Positions 1-10,257 of a stretch of DNA of 64,000 nt are shown in pieces. The stretch comes from an uncultured virus (IMG/VR IMGVR_UViG_3300042898_004326) (lineage: Duplodnaviria; Heunggongvirae; Uroviricota; Caudoviricetes), in IMG/VR virus record IMGVR_UViG_3300042898_004326; one strand, written 5' to 3'. The stretch's first letter is position 1; the number at the start of each line of letters is the position of its first letter. The notes below the pieces were generated by a model. It saw only the letters and a program-made list of their open reading frames with translations. It was not told where the DNA came from and ran no database searches. Both the position numbers and the translations under genes were made by a program.

Positions 1-532
1 CGGCAGCTTCTTTAACACGAGCGTGGAATTCGTTAATCTTGTCCATACGGAAAGCCTCAACTTCACTCCAATCGATTGAAATCAATTCGCCCTTTTTGTT
101 AAACACTTCTTCGGGATCAGGCATACCGTCACCTTTCTTGAATGCCCACTTTAAAGTAGAGCCATTCTGATTGATGAACAAAGCAGAACGCTTCTTACCA
201 TCAATCTCTTTCAAAGATGGAATAAACTCAACTTTCTTCGATGGATCAATGTTTGGAGAACAATGAGCCAAAGCGATGAAATACGAAGTCTGCTTAGCAG
301 CTTGTCCTGGTTTCTCCTCACCTTTAATTCTAATTTGGAATTGGTACAACTTGTCATCCATCAAATCGATGTTCAATACTTGGCCGTACTGCGTATCACG
401 AGTACTCATACCAACAATGTAACCCTCAATTGAATCGTACAATTCATACTTCTTTTCACCTACATACTTGGCAATCTTGCCTTCTCTAATTGTAAGGTAC
501 TCACGAGCACCTAATCCTTTGTTTAAACCCAT
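1..532 (-). CDS. Partial ORF running off the left edge, possibly a phage ssDNA-binding protein
   Basis: Not in the ORF track. ATG at 532 gives MGLNKGLGAREYLTIREGKIAKYVGEKKYELYDSIEGYIVGMSTRDTQYGQVLNIDL..., open to position 1. TATATTCG promoter-like box lies upstream on the minus strand near 553-560. SSB function is inferred from the beta-rich pattern only. Confidence 0.6.
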   Translation of the reverse strand, partial: MGLNKGLGAREYLTIREGKIAKYVGEKKYELYDSIEGYIVGMSTRDTQYGQVLNIDLMDDKLYQFQIRIKGEEKPGQAAKQTSYFIALAHCSPNIDPSKKVEFIPSLKEIDGKKRSALFINQNGSTLKWAFKKGDGMPDPEEVFNKKGELISIDWSEVEAFRMDKINEFHARVKEAA

Positions 533-609
533 ATTTTTTCTATTATGTAGTGCGAATATACTATAATACTTTGTAATTCCAAGAATTTTTCGTAAAATTG
601 TAAGAAATT

Positions 610-864
610 ATGAATAACGAATTAAAAGACCGAGTGCTTGAATTAAAAGGCAAACTAAAACGTGGCGATATGGCTCGTATCGTAGAGAGAGTTTCCAAGT
701 TTGGCGTACAGAAATACGATGTGTACAACATCCTCAATGGAAAAAGTTTAGTCGATCATCAAAAACTCATTTTGGTAATGAAGGAAGTAAAACGCTGCAT
801 CGATGAAAATGAAAGATATCTCGAAGAATTTGAACTGAAGATCTCTCTCCTTGAATCTCGATGA
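610..864 (+). CDS. Small HTH-like DNA-binding protein
   Basis: 84 aa; RGDMARIVERV...YDVYNILNGK resembles a helix-turn-helix; divergent from the left ORF. Confidence 0.5.
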   Translation: MNNELKDRVLELKGKLKRGDMARIVERVSKFGVQKYDVYNILNGKSLVDHQKLILVMKEVKRCIDENERYLEEFELKISLLESR

Positions 865-1264
865 ACTAGAAAGTAAAATCGTTGAGACCAAAAAACGTGG
901 TCTTAACCTTTTAATTGAAAACGAACTTATTGCCGACTTGAGAGGCGAGTACTACACTAGTCTGCTCAAACGAAAGATGAATCGTATTACTGATCAAGTA
1001 AGACGAAATGTACTTTTCATGACCAAAATACACCATCAAACAATATCCCCAAGTAAAATTAAAGAATTTATGGGGATGGATGTTGATACCAATATTCACA
1101 GAGTCATATACGGTGACTCTGCCCTGACTTCATTGAAAACCGCAATTCTTATTGCTGAGTTCTATGGAGTACCTGTAGAAATTTTATTATTCCAAGATAT
1201 CGAACCTAATGTTGAAACATTTAGACAACTCTATCCTGCTCTTTTCCGACAGAATAGAGATTAA
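851..1264 (+). CDS. XRE-like HTH protein
   Basis: C-terminal SLKTAILIAEFYGVPVEILL is a typical XRE/Cro-C1 ending. Confidence 0.55.
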   Translation: MNLDELESKIVETKKRGLNLLIENELIADLRGEYYTSLLKRKMNRITDQVRRNVLFMTKIHHQTISPSKIKEFMGMDVDTNIHRVIYGDSALTSLKTAILIAEFYGVPVEILLFQDIEPNVETFRQLYPALFRQNRD

Positions 1265-1616
1265 GCCACTTTCAGTAAATGAATGCTGGCAAGGAAAACG
1301 ATTTAAAACCAAAACCTATCTTTTATACGAGAAGGAAATGCTAGTTCGACTAGCACCATGCGACTTTAATCAGACCAAAGAGCCTCTAGAGCTTTCTTTG
1401 ATAGTCGGAGTCAGCAACATCGCATCCGATGCGGATAATGTTGTAAAACCATTCATAGACATTCTTCAAAAGAAGTACAACTTCAACGACAAATACATTT
1501 TTCGCCTTATCGTAGAAAAAGTTTTAGTTGTCAAAGGGGCTGAGTTTATTGAGTTCTACATAAAAAAATGCGAACCAAGACTTTTTTCTCTTGACAAAAA
1601 GAAAAACGAGTTGTAA
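1209..1616 (+). CDS. rusA: RusA-like Holliday junction resolvase
   Basis: KPLSVN N-terminus and SDADNVVKPFIDIL...NDKYI catalytic pattern. Confidence 0.75.
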   Translation: MLKHLDNSILLFSDRIEIKPLSVNECWQGKRFKTKTYLLYEKEMLVRLAPCDFNQTKEPLELSLIVGVSNIASDADNVVKPFIDILQKKYNFNDKYIFRLIVEKVLVVKGAEFIEFYIKKCEPRLFSLDKKKNEL

Positions 1617-1881
1617 TATTGCAGCACGGCCGAATTTGTAATGGGGGTATTGTTCCAAGCCGCCTGGTGAGTAAAGCAAAAGTCGCTTGCGTAATCAACC
1701 AGCCACTCTTAACCAATTTTCAAAAAAGCACACGCTTTTTAGGAAAGGGGGGAAAGGGGGGTATGGTTTTTTGCTGGTTCCGTAAGCAAATGTGATTACT
1801 TGGTCTCAGAGTATAAGTATCTTAAATGAACTAACTATGCTCTTTTCAAAAACCTCATTTCTTTTTTATAGTCTTTTTGTT

Positions 1882-1889
1882 TAAATTTG
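1882..1889 (+). promoter_or_regulatory. Bacteroidota -7 promoter element (TAAATTTG) for the portal gene
   Basis: Matches TAnnTTTG, 6 nt before ATG 1896; the same arrangement recurs before many late genes. Confidence 0.65.
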
Positions 1890-1895
1890 TAATCA

Positions 1896-4139
1896 ATGGC
1901 GTTTACAATAACAAATCAACCAAAGCAGTTTTTGTCAGAAAGTGAGAAAACTAAAATTTGGTACAAGGAGAATCTTCAATTCGTAATGAGTCATTTCAAC
2001 AAAAGAAATGATCGTATTTCAAGAGTACGCCAATCTGTAGACTTGGAGAACCCTATTGACGAAATCGTTCGTATGTATACCTACTACCTCGGTAGACAAT
2101 TCAACAAGGATTATTACTACACGAACCAAGACCAAGACGCTTGTGATTTACCAACTGTATGGATTAACGGACAAAAGATTACGTCTTTGGTTGACTTCAT
2201 GGTTGGTAATGCCATTAAGATGATTGAGAATATCGAACCATCTGTAAAGGCGCAAAGCAAAGCTGCCGTCAACAAAAAAAGTCGTTTGCTTGAAAAAGCC
2301 CTTTTGATGTTTGAGGCACCAGAGATATTTGAAACTTTTGCTGAGTTTGGTTATGATTACCAACCCCTTGGTAATGCGACTCCGAACATGGAAATCCCTG
2401 AAGATGTCCACCGTTATATGGAGTATGACTACAGGCAGTACAGCGAAATATTGGGTATCCGCATGGCCGAAGATATTCTTAACAGAAACGATTACCGCAA
2501 CAAACTAAAGCAAGCGTTCTTATACACCTTGCTTGGAGGTAGAGTTGGTTTAGAAAATCGTGTAGAAAACGGAAAGCAATATTTTGATGTGGTTCTTCCT
2601 CACAATCTTATTATCGACTCTGCTAAAGATGATGACTTTAATTCTGAAGCCCGATTCGTTGGTAAAGTAGATTGGATGAATACTACTGATGTGATTGAGC
2701 GTTACCAAGATTGGTTAAGCGCAGAGGAGCAAAAGGAAATCAAAGAAATCACAATGAACAACCTGTATCAGTTGTTGGATTTGACTACACATCCATATGC
2801 AACTAACTGGGCGTTTAACTTTAATAACCTTCCAACTTTGGCCTGTGTAACCGGCTATTGGATTGGTATGAAAGATTTGGGCTACGAGGAGTCAAAAGAT
2901 AAATTTGGCAATGTTCACATTGGCAAAATTAGAAACGGACGCAAGGGTAAATTTTGGACAAAGACTGTCTACAAGGGTACTCTCATCGGAAACAAATATG
3001 TCGTAGAATGGGAAGAGGTTACAAACCAAGTTCGTAAACACGACAACCCCGGAGATGTAGAACTTCCTTTGAAGGTGTTCATCCCTAACATGGTAATGGG
3101 AGAGAATCGTTCTATTGTAGCTCGCTTGCACCAACACCAAGATCGTATCGATTACATCACAAACGAAATAACCAAAATGATGAATCGTGCCAAGGGCAAG
3201 GTTTATCTAATCAACAAACAAAAGTTGGGTACATCTACAGCAAAACAAGTTATCAATGACTTTGAGCGAATGGGTATTCACATCACCGATGGCTCTGCTA
3301 CTGGTGAAGACTTTGTTGCAGGTCAAGATGCTCGTTTGGTAGAAGTGGTAGACATGACTCTTGATCCTAACGTAAACCAATTGGTGAATCTGCGTAGAGA
3401 AGAAGAGCGTATCATGGAAGAGATTGTCAATATTCCGAAGGTGGCTCTTGGACAACAGCAAGGTTATGTCGGTGCTAAAACACAGGCTGGTACCATTGCT
3501 CAGTCTAACTTGGGTACTTCGTATCTATATCAAGGCTTTGTGGAGTTCTTCCAAAAGAACTTGGCGTTTGCTTTGAACCAATATAAAGTTTCTTTGATGT
3601 CTGAGTCCGAAGAGGAAATACCTGTTATTGGGTCTCGTGGTAAAGAATGGTTGAAAATCACCAAAGATTTCCAAATGGAAGAACTTGGTGTTTATATCAA
3701 GGTGAAAGACTTTATGGATGATCAGGCTCGTGAGCGTTTGCTTTCTTTAGCTCAAGCAGCAATGCAAAACCAATTAATCGATATGATGGACTACATCAAA
3801 ATTGAACAGGCTCGTTCTTATACTGAACTCTTGAACGATTTGAAGTACGCCATGAATAAGAAAAAGCGTGATGCTGAAAAACAACAGGCCATGATGCAAA
3901 TGATGCAGCAAGCACAAATGGAACAACAATTGGCTCAGCAGCAATCACTTGCAGGAATGAAAGAGGAAGGTGCGAACTATCGTGCTGAACTTGGGGCTCA
4001 GACTGGAATGGCAAAAGAATCATTAAAAGCAGGTCTAGCTTCTGAAGGAAGTCCTGAAGAAGGAATGATGGCAGAGCAAGAAATGCAAGACCAAGCCATG
4101 CAGGAACAAGCCATGCAACAAATGATGGGCCAACAATAA
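1896..4139 (+). CDS. Portal protein (crAss-like)
   Basis: 747 aa, first gene of the head module, helical, with a Q/M-rich coiled C-terminus; portal-scaffold-capsid order. Confidence 0.8.
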   Translation: MAFTITNQPKQFLSESEKTKIWYKENLQFVMSHFNKRNDRISRVRQSVDLENPIDEIVRMYTYYLGRQFNKDYYYTNQDQDACDLPTVWINGQKITSLVDFMVGNAIKMIENIEPSVKAQSKAAVNKKSRLLEKALLMFEAPEIFETFAEFGYDYQPLGNATPNMEIPEDVHRYMEYDYRQYSEILGIRMAEDILNRNDYRNKLKQAFLYTLLGGRVGLENRVENGKQYFDVVLPHNLIIDSAKDDDFNSEARFVGKVDWMNTTDVIERYQDWLSAEEQKEIKEITMNNLYQLLDLTTHPYATNWAFNFNNLPTLACVTGYWIGMKDLGYEESKDKFGNVHIGKIRNGRKGKFWTKTVYKGTLIGNKYVVEWEEVTNQVRKHDNPGDVELPLKVFIPNMVMGENRSIVARLHQHQDRIDYITNEITKMMNRAKGKVYLINKQKLGTSTAKQVINDFERMGIHITDGSATGEDFVAGQDARLVEVVDMTLDPNVNQLVNLRREEERIMEEIVNIPKVALGQQQGYVGAKTQAGTIAQSNLGTSYLYQGFVEFFQKNLAFALNQYKVSLMSESEEEIPVIGSRGKEWLKITKDFQMEELGVYIKVKDFMDDQARERLLSLAQAAMQNQLIDMMDYIKIEQARSYTELLNDLKYAMNKKKRDAEKQQAMMQMMQQAQMEQQLAQQQSLAGMKEEGANYRAELGAQTGMAKESLKAGLASEGSPEEGMMAEQEMQDQAMQEQAMQQMMGQQ

Positions 4140-4188
4140 TATAAAATATTTGTAAATTTGTATACAATATACTAAATTTGAAAAAGAT

Positions 4189-5148
4189 ATGAGTGAAAAC
4201 TTCTTAGCAGACATTGCTGATCAATTACGAAATCAGACTCCCCCTGTGGCTCCTACATCAGTAGAGCCAACACCAGCAGAGCCTACGCCTGCTCCGGTAA
4301 CACCAGCAGAACCCACACCTGCTGAACCTGTATCTACTGCTCCCGTTAATCCTCAGATTACCGATAGTGTAACCGCAGTTCAAAAAGAATGGTGGGAAAA
4401 CGATGAATTAGCTCCTGCTGATTCAACGCCAACAGGTAAAATCGAACCTCAACAGCAACAAGCCCAAACCGATTTGGATGAAGACTTGAAGTTGTTGATG
4501 GAGTATAAAAAATCTGGCAAAACTCTAAAGGATTTCGTCAACGACTACAGAGTTGAAGACATCAGTACTTGGAGTGAAGAACAGATTATCAAAAATGGAA
4601 TCAAAGAATTCATGGGCTTGGAAGGAGAACAACTTGACCAAGCAATCTATGAATACGAAAACGCTTCCATTTTCCAAAAGAAACAATGGGCTGAATCTTT
4701 CAAGCAGCAATACAATCAGAAGAACCAAGATAAACTGAAACAGTTGACTAGTTCTAATGATAAATTTGCTGAACAAGAACAAGCCGTTGCTCAAAAATAC
4801 AATGCTGAATTAGAATCATTTTCTCAGCAAGTGGTAGGTCAAGAGTTGTATGGCATGAAAATCACAGACGAAATGTCCAAGGATTTAAAAGGCTTTATTG
4901 ACAAAGAATTTACCCTTCAGAGACCCGATGGTTCGTTTGACGTTGAAAAGATGTATTCCATTGGCATATGGCTAAAGTATGGAAAAGATCTTATGAGGGC
5001 CAACATCACCAAAGCCAAAAATGAAGGAAGGGATCAGATAATCAAAGAGGTTACTAATCCTTCTAAAAACATGACTGGTGGAGGAAGAGTTGTTGGTTCT
5101 GGACTTGAGGCCGCACAAGAGGCTTTTGTAGCTATGTTCCCTGGCTAA
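4189..5148 (+). CDS. Probable scaffolding / head assembly protein
   Basis: Acidic, PAEPT-repeat N-terminus, coiled-coil, located between portal and capsid. Confidence 0.6.
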   Translation: MSENFLADIADQLRNQTPPVAPTSVEPTPAEPTPAPVTPAEPTPAEPVSTAPVNPQITDSVTAVQKEWWENDELAPADSTPTGKIEPQQQQAQTDLDEDLKLLMEYKKSGKTLKDFVNDYRVEDISTWSEEQIIKNGIKEFMGLEGEQLDQAIYEYENASIFQKKQWAESFKQQYNQKNQDKLKQLTSSNDKFAEQEQAVAQKYNAELESFSQQVVGQELYGMKITDEMSKDLKGFIDKEFTLQRPDGSFDVEKMYSIGIWLKYGKDLMRANITKAKNEGRDQIIKEVTNPSKNMTGGGRVVGSGLEAAQEAFVAMFPG

Positions 5149-5181
5149 AAAAAAGGGACACGAAAAACAAAAAACTAAAAA

Positions 5182-6531
5182 ATGTCAACCATTTCAAATC
5201 TTCCATTAAGTCAATCTTTATTGCTTAAAGGACTTTCATTGCCCAACAAAATGGCAATGGTTTATAGCCAAGACTTCGGCTATAACGTCTTGACCCAGTT
5301 GACTTCTAAATTGGCGAGTTCTATCTCTAGCCCTCAGGCTAAAGTAGAAATCTCTTCTTTGGGAAACTTGGGTGTTTACTCTAAAATTACTGCTAACGGT
5401 GCGATTGTTACCGGTACTTCTTTAATGTCTGTACCTGTATCAGATGCAAGCAAATTTCGTATTGGTGATATCGTTGCTGATGGTAACTTAATCCAAGCAT
5501 TGGTTACTGACGTTGACTTTGCAGGTAACAAAATTTTTGTTGCTCCTCACACAACTGCAACTTTGACTGCTGGTACTCACTTTGTGGCTAATACTCAGGC
5601 TAAGCGTTTCTTCGATGCTTCTGCTAACCGTAGCTCAACTGGTAAAACCACTTTAAACTACACACCTGATACCGACTTCGCTTTGACTGCGGTAACTCGT
5701 GAAAGTTCACACCAATCTCGTAGAGATCGTATTGCTTCTTTCGTTAAGTGGAATGGTGATTTCTGGTGGAGGTCTTATGACGATCTAACTTTGAAAGCTT
5801 TCGCTAAACAGTTGGAGTACAAATATGCTTTCTCTGAGCGTGCTATCAAAACTGGACCTAATGGTGAATACTTCACTACTGGTGGTTTGCGTTGGTCAAT
5901 CATCAACAATGGTGGTTCTTATATGTCTTTGACTTCTGAGTTGACTCAGAGTGTGTTCAACGACTTCTTAGAGCAAATGGTTCGTGTATCTGCTGAAGGT
6001 GGACGCAAATTGGTTGCTTTGATGGGATCTGCTGCTATGGCTCGTTTGCAAACTATCTTGGGTGACTACATTAAGTTCGCTGGTACTGCTAACACCTTGG
6101 GTGGAACTTCAGTAACTGGTTTGAACGTAATGAAGTACGCTTACGCTGGTTTGGAAATCGAATTCGTTCGTTGGTCTTTGTTGGATGACGAGATGTTCCG
6201 TGGTGAATTGTCTGCCGTTAATGGTAAGCCTCGTTTGTCTAATAGCATCTACTTCATCGATTTGACTCCTATCCCTGCTGCTGATGGTTCTGGAACTATT
6301 GCTGCTCTTCAAAAATACCACTTCAACCAAGATGAGTTGCTTGCCAACTACGTTCCTGGTATGATTGGTTTGGAGTCTAGCGATCCTTCAACTATTAAAG
6401 CTGCTTTGAGCGGTGGTCAGTCTGTATCTTTGGGTACTTCAGATGTTGACGGAGTTGACTTCCACATTCTTTCTGATTGTGGTTTGTATTGTGTTGCAGA
6501 CAAAATGGGTCTGATTGAATTTGCAATCTAA
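5182..6531 (+). CDS. Major capsid protein
   Basis: 449 aa, strongly biased codon usage, TTGGLRW motif, position after portal and scaffold. Confidence 0.8.
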   Translation: MSTISNLPLSQSLLLKGLSLPNKMAMVYSQDFGYNVLTQLTSKLASSISSPQAKVEISSLGNLGVYSKITANGAIVTGTSLMSVPVSDASKFRIGDIVADGNLIQALVTDVDFAGNKIFVAPHTTATLTAGTHFVANTQAKRFFDASANRSSTGKTTLNYTPDTDFALTAVTRESSHQSRRDRIASFVKWNGDFWWRSYDDLTLKAFAKQLEYKYAFSERAIKTGPNGEYFTTGGLRWSIINNGGSYMSLTSELTQSVFNDFLEQMVRVSAEGGRKLVALMGSAAMARLQTILGDYIKFAGTANTLGGTSVTGLNVMKYAYAGLEIEFVRWSLLDDEMFRGELSAVNGKPRLSNSIYFIDLTPIPAADGSGTIAALQKYHFNQDELLANYVPGMIGLESSDPSTIKAALSGGQSVSLGTSDVDGVDFHILSDCGLYCVADKMGLIEFAI

Positions 6532-6547
6532 TTAATTATATACTAAA

Positions 6548-7315
6548 ATGTCAATTGCTCTTAAACAATTCGTAATAGGTCCTGCCGCCAGTGCTACTGC
6601 TGCTGGTGACGTGGCCGCTTCTGCTGGTGTAATGCGTTTCGATTTAGCTGATACAAACGTTACAGGTGTTGTTCCTGTGACTTTGAGAAGCTTCCCACTC
6701 GCATTGGCTGGTGTTTCTGGTGGTATGTATCAGGCTGGTGCTGCTGAAGTTTTGCGTGTAATTACTATTACACCAACTGCTGCTAACTCTACTGATTATC
6801 GTATCGTGTTGAGTGCTGAGAAAGGTCAAGCTTTCAACAACAACTTGCCTAATGAAGTACAGAATGTGTTTTATCACACAACCCCTGTTTCAGGTGGTAC
6901 TGCTACTACTATTGGTGATGCGTTCCGTACTGCAATCAACTCACATCCTTACTGGAGTACTCGTGTAGTTGTTACTGGTACTAGTACCATTATCATTACT
7001 GCGAAAGCTGGTTTCCCAATCTTTAGTGCTGCTGGTGGTCCAAACTTGGCTACTGTAGTTACAACTGCTGGTTCTCCATCTGTTGGTATTGGTGCTACTT
7101 TGCTTGCAACTGGTACTTTCCCAACTGTTGATGACGGAAATGGTCTTCCTGTAAGCGGTCAGACTTACAACGTAATCTCTTACGATTACGAAGTTGAGTC
7201 TAAGGCTGCTCAGGGTGGTGCTATCCGTGAGAAACACATCATCTATGTTAACAGTGCTGCTAACAACTCAACCTTGTTGAGCTTGTTGCAACCTTTGTTG
7301 TCAACTAGATTCTAA
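6548..7315 (+). CDS. Auxiliary capsid / decoration protein
   Basis: Ala/Thr/Gly-rich beta protein directly after the MCP, same codon bias, followed by a terminator. Confidence 0.55.
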   Translation: MSIALKQFVIGPAASATAAGDVAASAGVMRFDLADTNVTGVVPVTLRSFPLALAGVSGGMYQAGAAEVLRVITITPTAANSTDYRIVLSAEKGQAFNNNLPNEVQNVFYHTTPVSGGTATTIGDAFRTAINSHPYWSTRVVVTGTSTIIITAKAGFPIFSAAGGPNLATVVTTAGSPSVGIGATLLATGTFPTVDDGNGLPVSGQTYNVISYDYEVESKAAQGGAIREKHIIYVNSAANNSTLLSLLQPLLSTRF

Positions 7316-7330
7316 TCTAGCCCCCTAGTG

Positions 7331-7367
7331 AAAAGAGGGTCGGGAATTTTCTCGGCCCTTCTTTTTT
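7331..7367 (+). terminator. Rho-independent terminator
   Basis: GAGGGTCGGG-AATTTT-CTCGGCCCTTC stem followed by T6. Confidence 0.8.
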
Positions 7368-7406
7368 GTTTTATAAGTAAAATAATTTATATTTGTAAAA
7401 ACTATT

Positions 7407-8252
7407 ATGCGTATAAAAGCTCTATTAATCCCACAACGAACTCGTGGAAACATTTCCATCGTAGGTTCTTACCGAGACAAAAAAAATGACAAAGAATTAT
7501 TCTTGTTGCACTCAGGTAAAAAAGTAGTTTCTCATGTTGAAGAAAACGAAAGAATTTTTCAGTACTCTTTTGAGTCTGGATATCCTCTTACATTAAGTTT
7601 CGATGATGAAGAATTTTCAGACAAGAGTGTTATTGAATTTTGGAAAAACCACCCTTTGGTTTTTACTGAGGGTTATTCTAATCCCAATTTGGTTTCAGAG
7701 CAATTTACATTTGAAATCAAAGAAGAAAGAGTAAAGGTAGAATATGAAGCATTGTTGTCCAAGTTAGAGTGTGTTTCTATTGTTAGTTCTATGACCGACA
7801 AAGAAAGAAGAGACTTGGTATTTGCTTTGGGCTCAGATCCTCGTGGTATGTCACTAAAAGAGGTGTACATTCATTTGATTGGTTTGACGTTAAATGGTGT
7901 TGCCGTTGCCAAGAGAGACAGCGTATTTGTGTTTAGAAAAGTCCGTGGTGAAGAAAGAGTTGCGACTATCTATGCGAACAAAGCTGTACAATTAGGTATT
8001 GTTAAACAAGAAGGTGTTGTTTACAAAATTGGCGGTAGAAACTTAGGTACTTCAATCGATGCTGTAGTTTCAGCAATTATTGCAGATGCGGAATTGTTTG
8101 AGAACTACATTAAACCAGAAGTTGATCGTTTGGAAAAAGACGAACTTTCTCAAATCGAAACCATTGGTGAGCTAGAACTTCCTAAAGGATTGGAGAATTT
8201 GATTCCTGCTATTACAGCAGCCGAAAAAAAGAGTACTCCAAAAACTAAATAA
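7407..8252 (+). CDS. Hypothetical protein of the virion module
   Basis: 281-aa ORF with its own TATATTTG box (7388-7395) and a downstream terminator. Confidence 0.6.
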   Translation: MRIKALLIPQRTRGNISIVGSYRDKKNDKELFLLHSGKKVVSHVEENERIFQYSFESGYPLTLSFDDEEFSDKSVIEFWKNHPLVFTEGYSNPNLVSEQFTFEIKEERVKVEYEALLSKLECVSIVSSMTDKERRDLVFALGSDPRGMSLKEVYIHLIGLTLNGVAVAKRDSVFVFRKVRGEERVATIYANKAVQLGIVKQEGVVYKIGGRNLGTSIDAVVSAIIADAELFENYIKPEVDRLEKDELSQIETIGELELPKGLENLIPAITAAEKKSTPKTK

Positions 8253-8272
8253 TCTATCTGTTCATGTTTTGG

Positions 8273-8300
8273 AAAGTGGGGTCAAAAGCCCCACTTTTTA
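8273..8300 (+). terminator. Rho-independent terminator
   Basis: AAAGTGGGGT-CAAAA-GCCCCACTTT followed by a T tract. Confidence 0.8.
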
Positions 8301-8330
8301 TTTTCTTTGAAATTTTGTATCTTTGATATA

Positions 8331-9122
8331 ATGACGGGTGCACAATTTTGGTCATACTTACAACAAAAAATCGATAAAGCATACTCTGCTTACTTAGATA
8401 ATGCCAAGGCTAATGCTTTGATTGCAGAGACTATGCAGCGTTTGGTAGATAAGTATTGGCGTAAAGAGTCTTTGGAAGTTGATGCTGATGAGATGATGCC
8501 ATTTTTGGTTAAGGCTCAAAGTGTTGTTCCTGTTGCTGGTATTGCAAAAATTAATACGTTGCTTCCAAACTATATGCACATTATGCATTTGGTTGCAAAC
8601 TATGAGGTTCCATTCACAGTTACTTCTGTAAGCGGTACTACAATTACTTCACCTAACCATCTTCTTCGTAAAGGAGATGTCGTAAAAAGAAGCGGAACGT
8701 CTTATAATGTACTCAAAGTAAAAGGAGATACATTTGATGTAGGTGTATCTGGTTTAGCGACTACAAGTTGGGTGAGAGTTGTTGTGCGTAATGCAAAGCA
8801 AATGCAGTCTGATCGTAAGGGTAGTCCATTTCATAAGGCATCGATGAATACAGTTCGTTTTGAGCCTCAAAGCGATGGTACATCAACGCCTAAATCTTTC
8901 AAGATTTCTCCATCCGCAAACTTAGTAACTATTGATATAGATTATGTTCGAACATCACCCCTCGTTATTGACGTTGCCAATACGACTACGACATTGGAAG
9001 ATTATTATTCTAGTAAGTTCCTTTATCGTCTTATGGATGAGTGCGTGCTAAATTTTGGGACTCAGACAAAAGATCCAATGACTCGCCAAATGGCACAACA
9101 AGATATAATTGAAAATCCCTAA
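8331..9122 (+). CDS. Tail ring / head-tail connector protein
   Basis: Likely start is ATG 8331, after TATCTTTG; IDYVRTSP...CVLNF C-terminus and position resemble crAss-like ring proteins. Confidence 0.5.
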   Translation: MTGAQFWSYLQQKIDKAYSAYLDNAKANALIAETMQRLVDKYWRKESLEVDADEMMPFLVKAQSVVPVAGIAKINTLLPNYMHIMHLVANYEVPFTVTSVSGTTITSPNHLLRKGDVVKRSGTSYNVLKVKGDTFDVGVSGLATTSWVRVVVRNAKQMQSDRKGSPFHKASMNTVRFEPQSDGTSTPKSFKISPSANLVTIDIDYVRTSPLVIDVANTTTTLEDYYSSKFLYRLMDECVLNFGTQTKDPMTRQMAQQDIIENP

Positions 9123-9760
9123 TGATTTTATTGTCAGAAATAGTAGAAGAAATCCGTAACGACTTAAACAGCGGAATGTCATACAACGACAATCGTTGGG
9201 ATGATGAATACATCGAGTCTAAAATCCATAGTGCGAGAGCTACTCTTATTGGTCAGTATATGGTCAAGATGGGTAAGTTTATCAATGATTCTTGGGTTCA
9301 GACATTGGATATCAGTTTTGAAGACTACGAAAAAGATTGCAGCTTTGTAACTTTCGAGTGTCCCAATGTTATTTCTGTTGATGGTCATAATGATGGCTTT
9401 GTGTATGTTGGTCACGTTAATGGATTTAAGCCTTTTCCAAGAATCAGAAAAGGTTACAGCACATTAACTAGGCATTCTCTTTTTGCAAAAAAGAAAGAGA
9501 TTATGTGGGACTACAAACACTTGGAGCAGAACAGAATGCTTTTGCAATTCTACAATACTAACAAATTGCAGTATGTAGGAGTTAGAGCAATGTTTAACAA
9601 TCCTGTTTTGATTCCGAATTTTGATAAAACTATTGATCACTACCCAGTTGATTCTAACCTCAAAAGGGAGATAGTAGACCTTGTCACAAATGACCTGATT
9701 AGAAAAACTCAGCGTCCTGTTGAAATTACTCAAAATACACAAACTGAAATTCCTAGATAA
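9122..9760 (+). CDS. Tail ring protein
   Basis: LSEIVEEIRNDL N-terminus, RAMFNNP...YPVD C-terminus; TAATG coupling to neighbours. Confidence 0.5.
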   Translation: MILLSEIVEEIRNDLNSGMSYNDNRWDDEYIESKIHSARATLIGQYMVKMGKFINDSWVQTLDISFEDYEKDCSFVTFECPNVISVDGHNDGFVYVGHVNGFKPFPRIRKGYSTLTRHSLFAKKKEIMWDYKHLEQNRMLLQFYNTNKLQYVGVRAMFNNPVLIPNFDKTIDHYPVDSNLKREIVDLVTNDLIRKTQRPVEITQNTQTEIPR

Positions 9761-10257
9761 TGAAAATGGATGATATAATTGCAGCGGCTTGTGAGGAGTT
9801 AAACACTTCCTACGAGAACAATGCTTTGTGGTTTGAGGTATTGATTAACCAAGCAATACGGTCTCATAAAACAACCCATAAGTTGATTTTGAAAACTGTT
9901 GAACTTACAATTGCAGATAAGAAAGCAACTATACCTAGTGATTTTACTAAGTTAGTCAGAGTGTATTTTTGCGGAGGTCAAGTAAACGAATACTATTGCC
10001 CTGATGTTGATTACACTATTCAAGGCGATGTTTTAATATTTTATAAGGCTCTTGATGATAACACCAAAGTTCAATTAGAATACTATGGATTAAATACCGA
10101 TGAAGATGGCGTGTTTATTATTCCCAATGATTGGGAGCGAATGCTTGTTGCCTACATCGGATGGAAGTATACTAGAAGATATGCTAAAGACTTTGGAGTT
10201 GCTATTATGCAGAATTATCAGCGTGAATATCAAACCCAAAAATTAGCAAATATATAA
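9760..10257 (+). CDS. Tail tubular / ring protein
   Basis: IPSDFTKL...LEYYG...IPNDWERMLVAY resembles podovirus adaptor proteins. Confidence 0.5.
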   Translation: MKMDDIIAAACEELNTSYENNALWFEVLINQAIRSHKTTHKLILKTVELTIADKKATIPSDFTKLVRVYFCGGQVNEYYCPDVDYTIQGDVLIFYKALDDNTKVQLEYYGLNTDEDGVFIIPNDWERMLVAYIGWKYTRRYAKDFGVAIMQNYQREYQTQKLANI

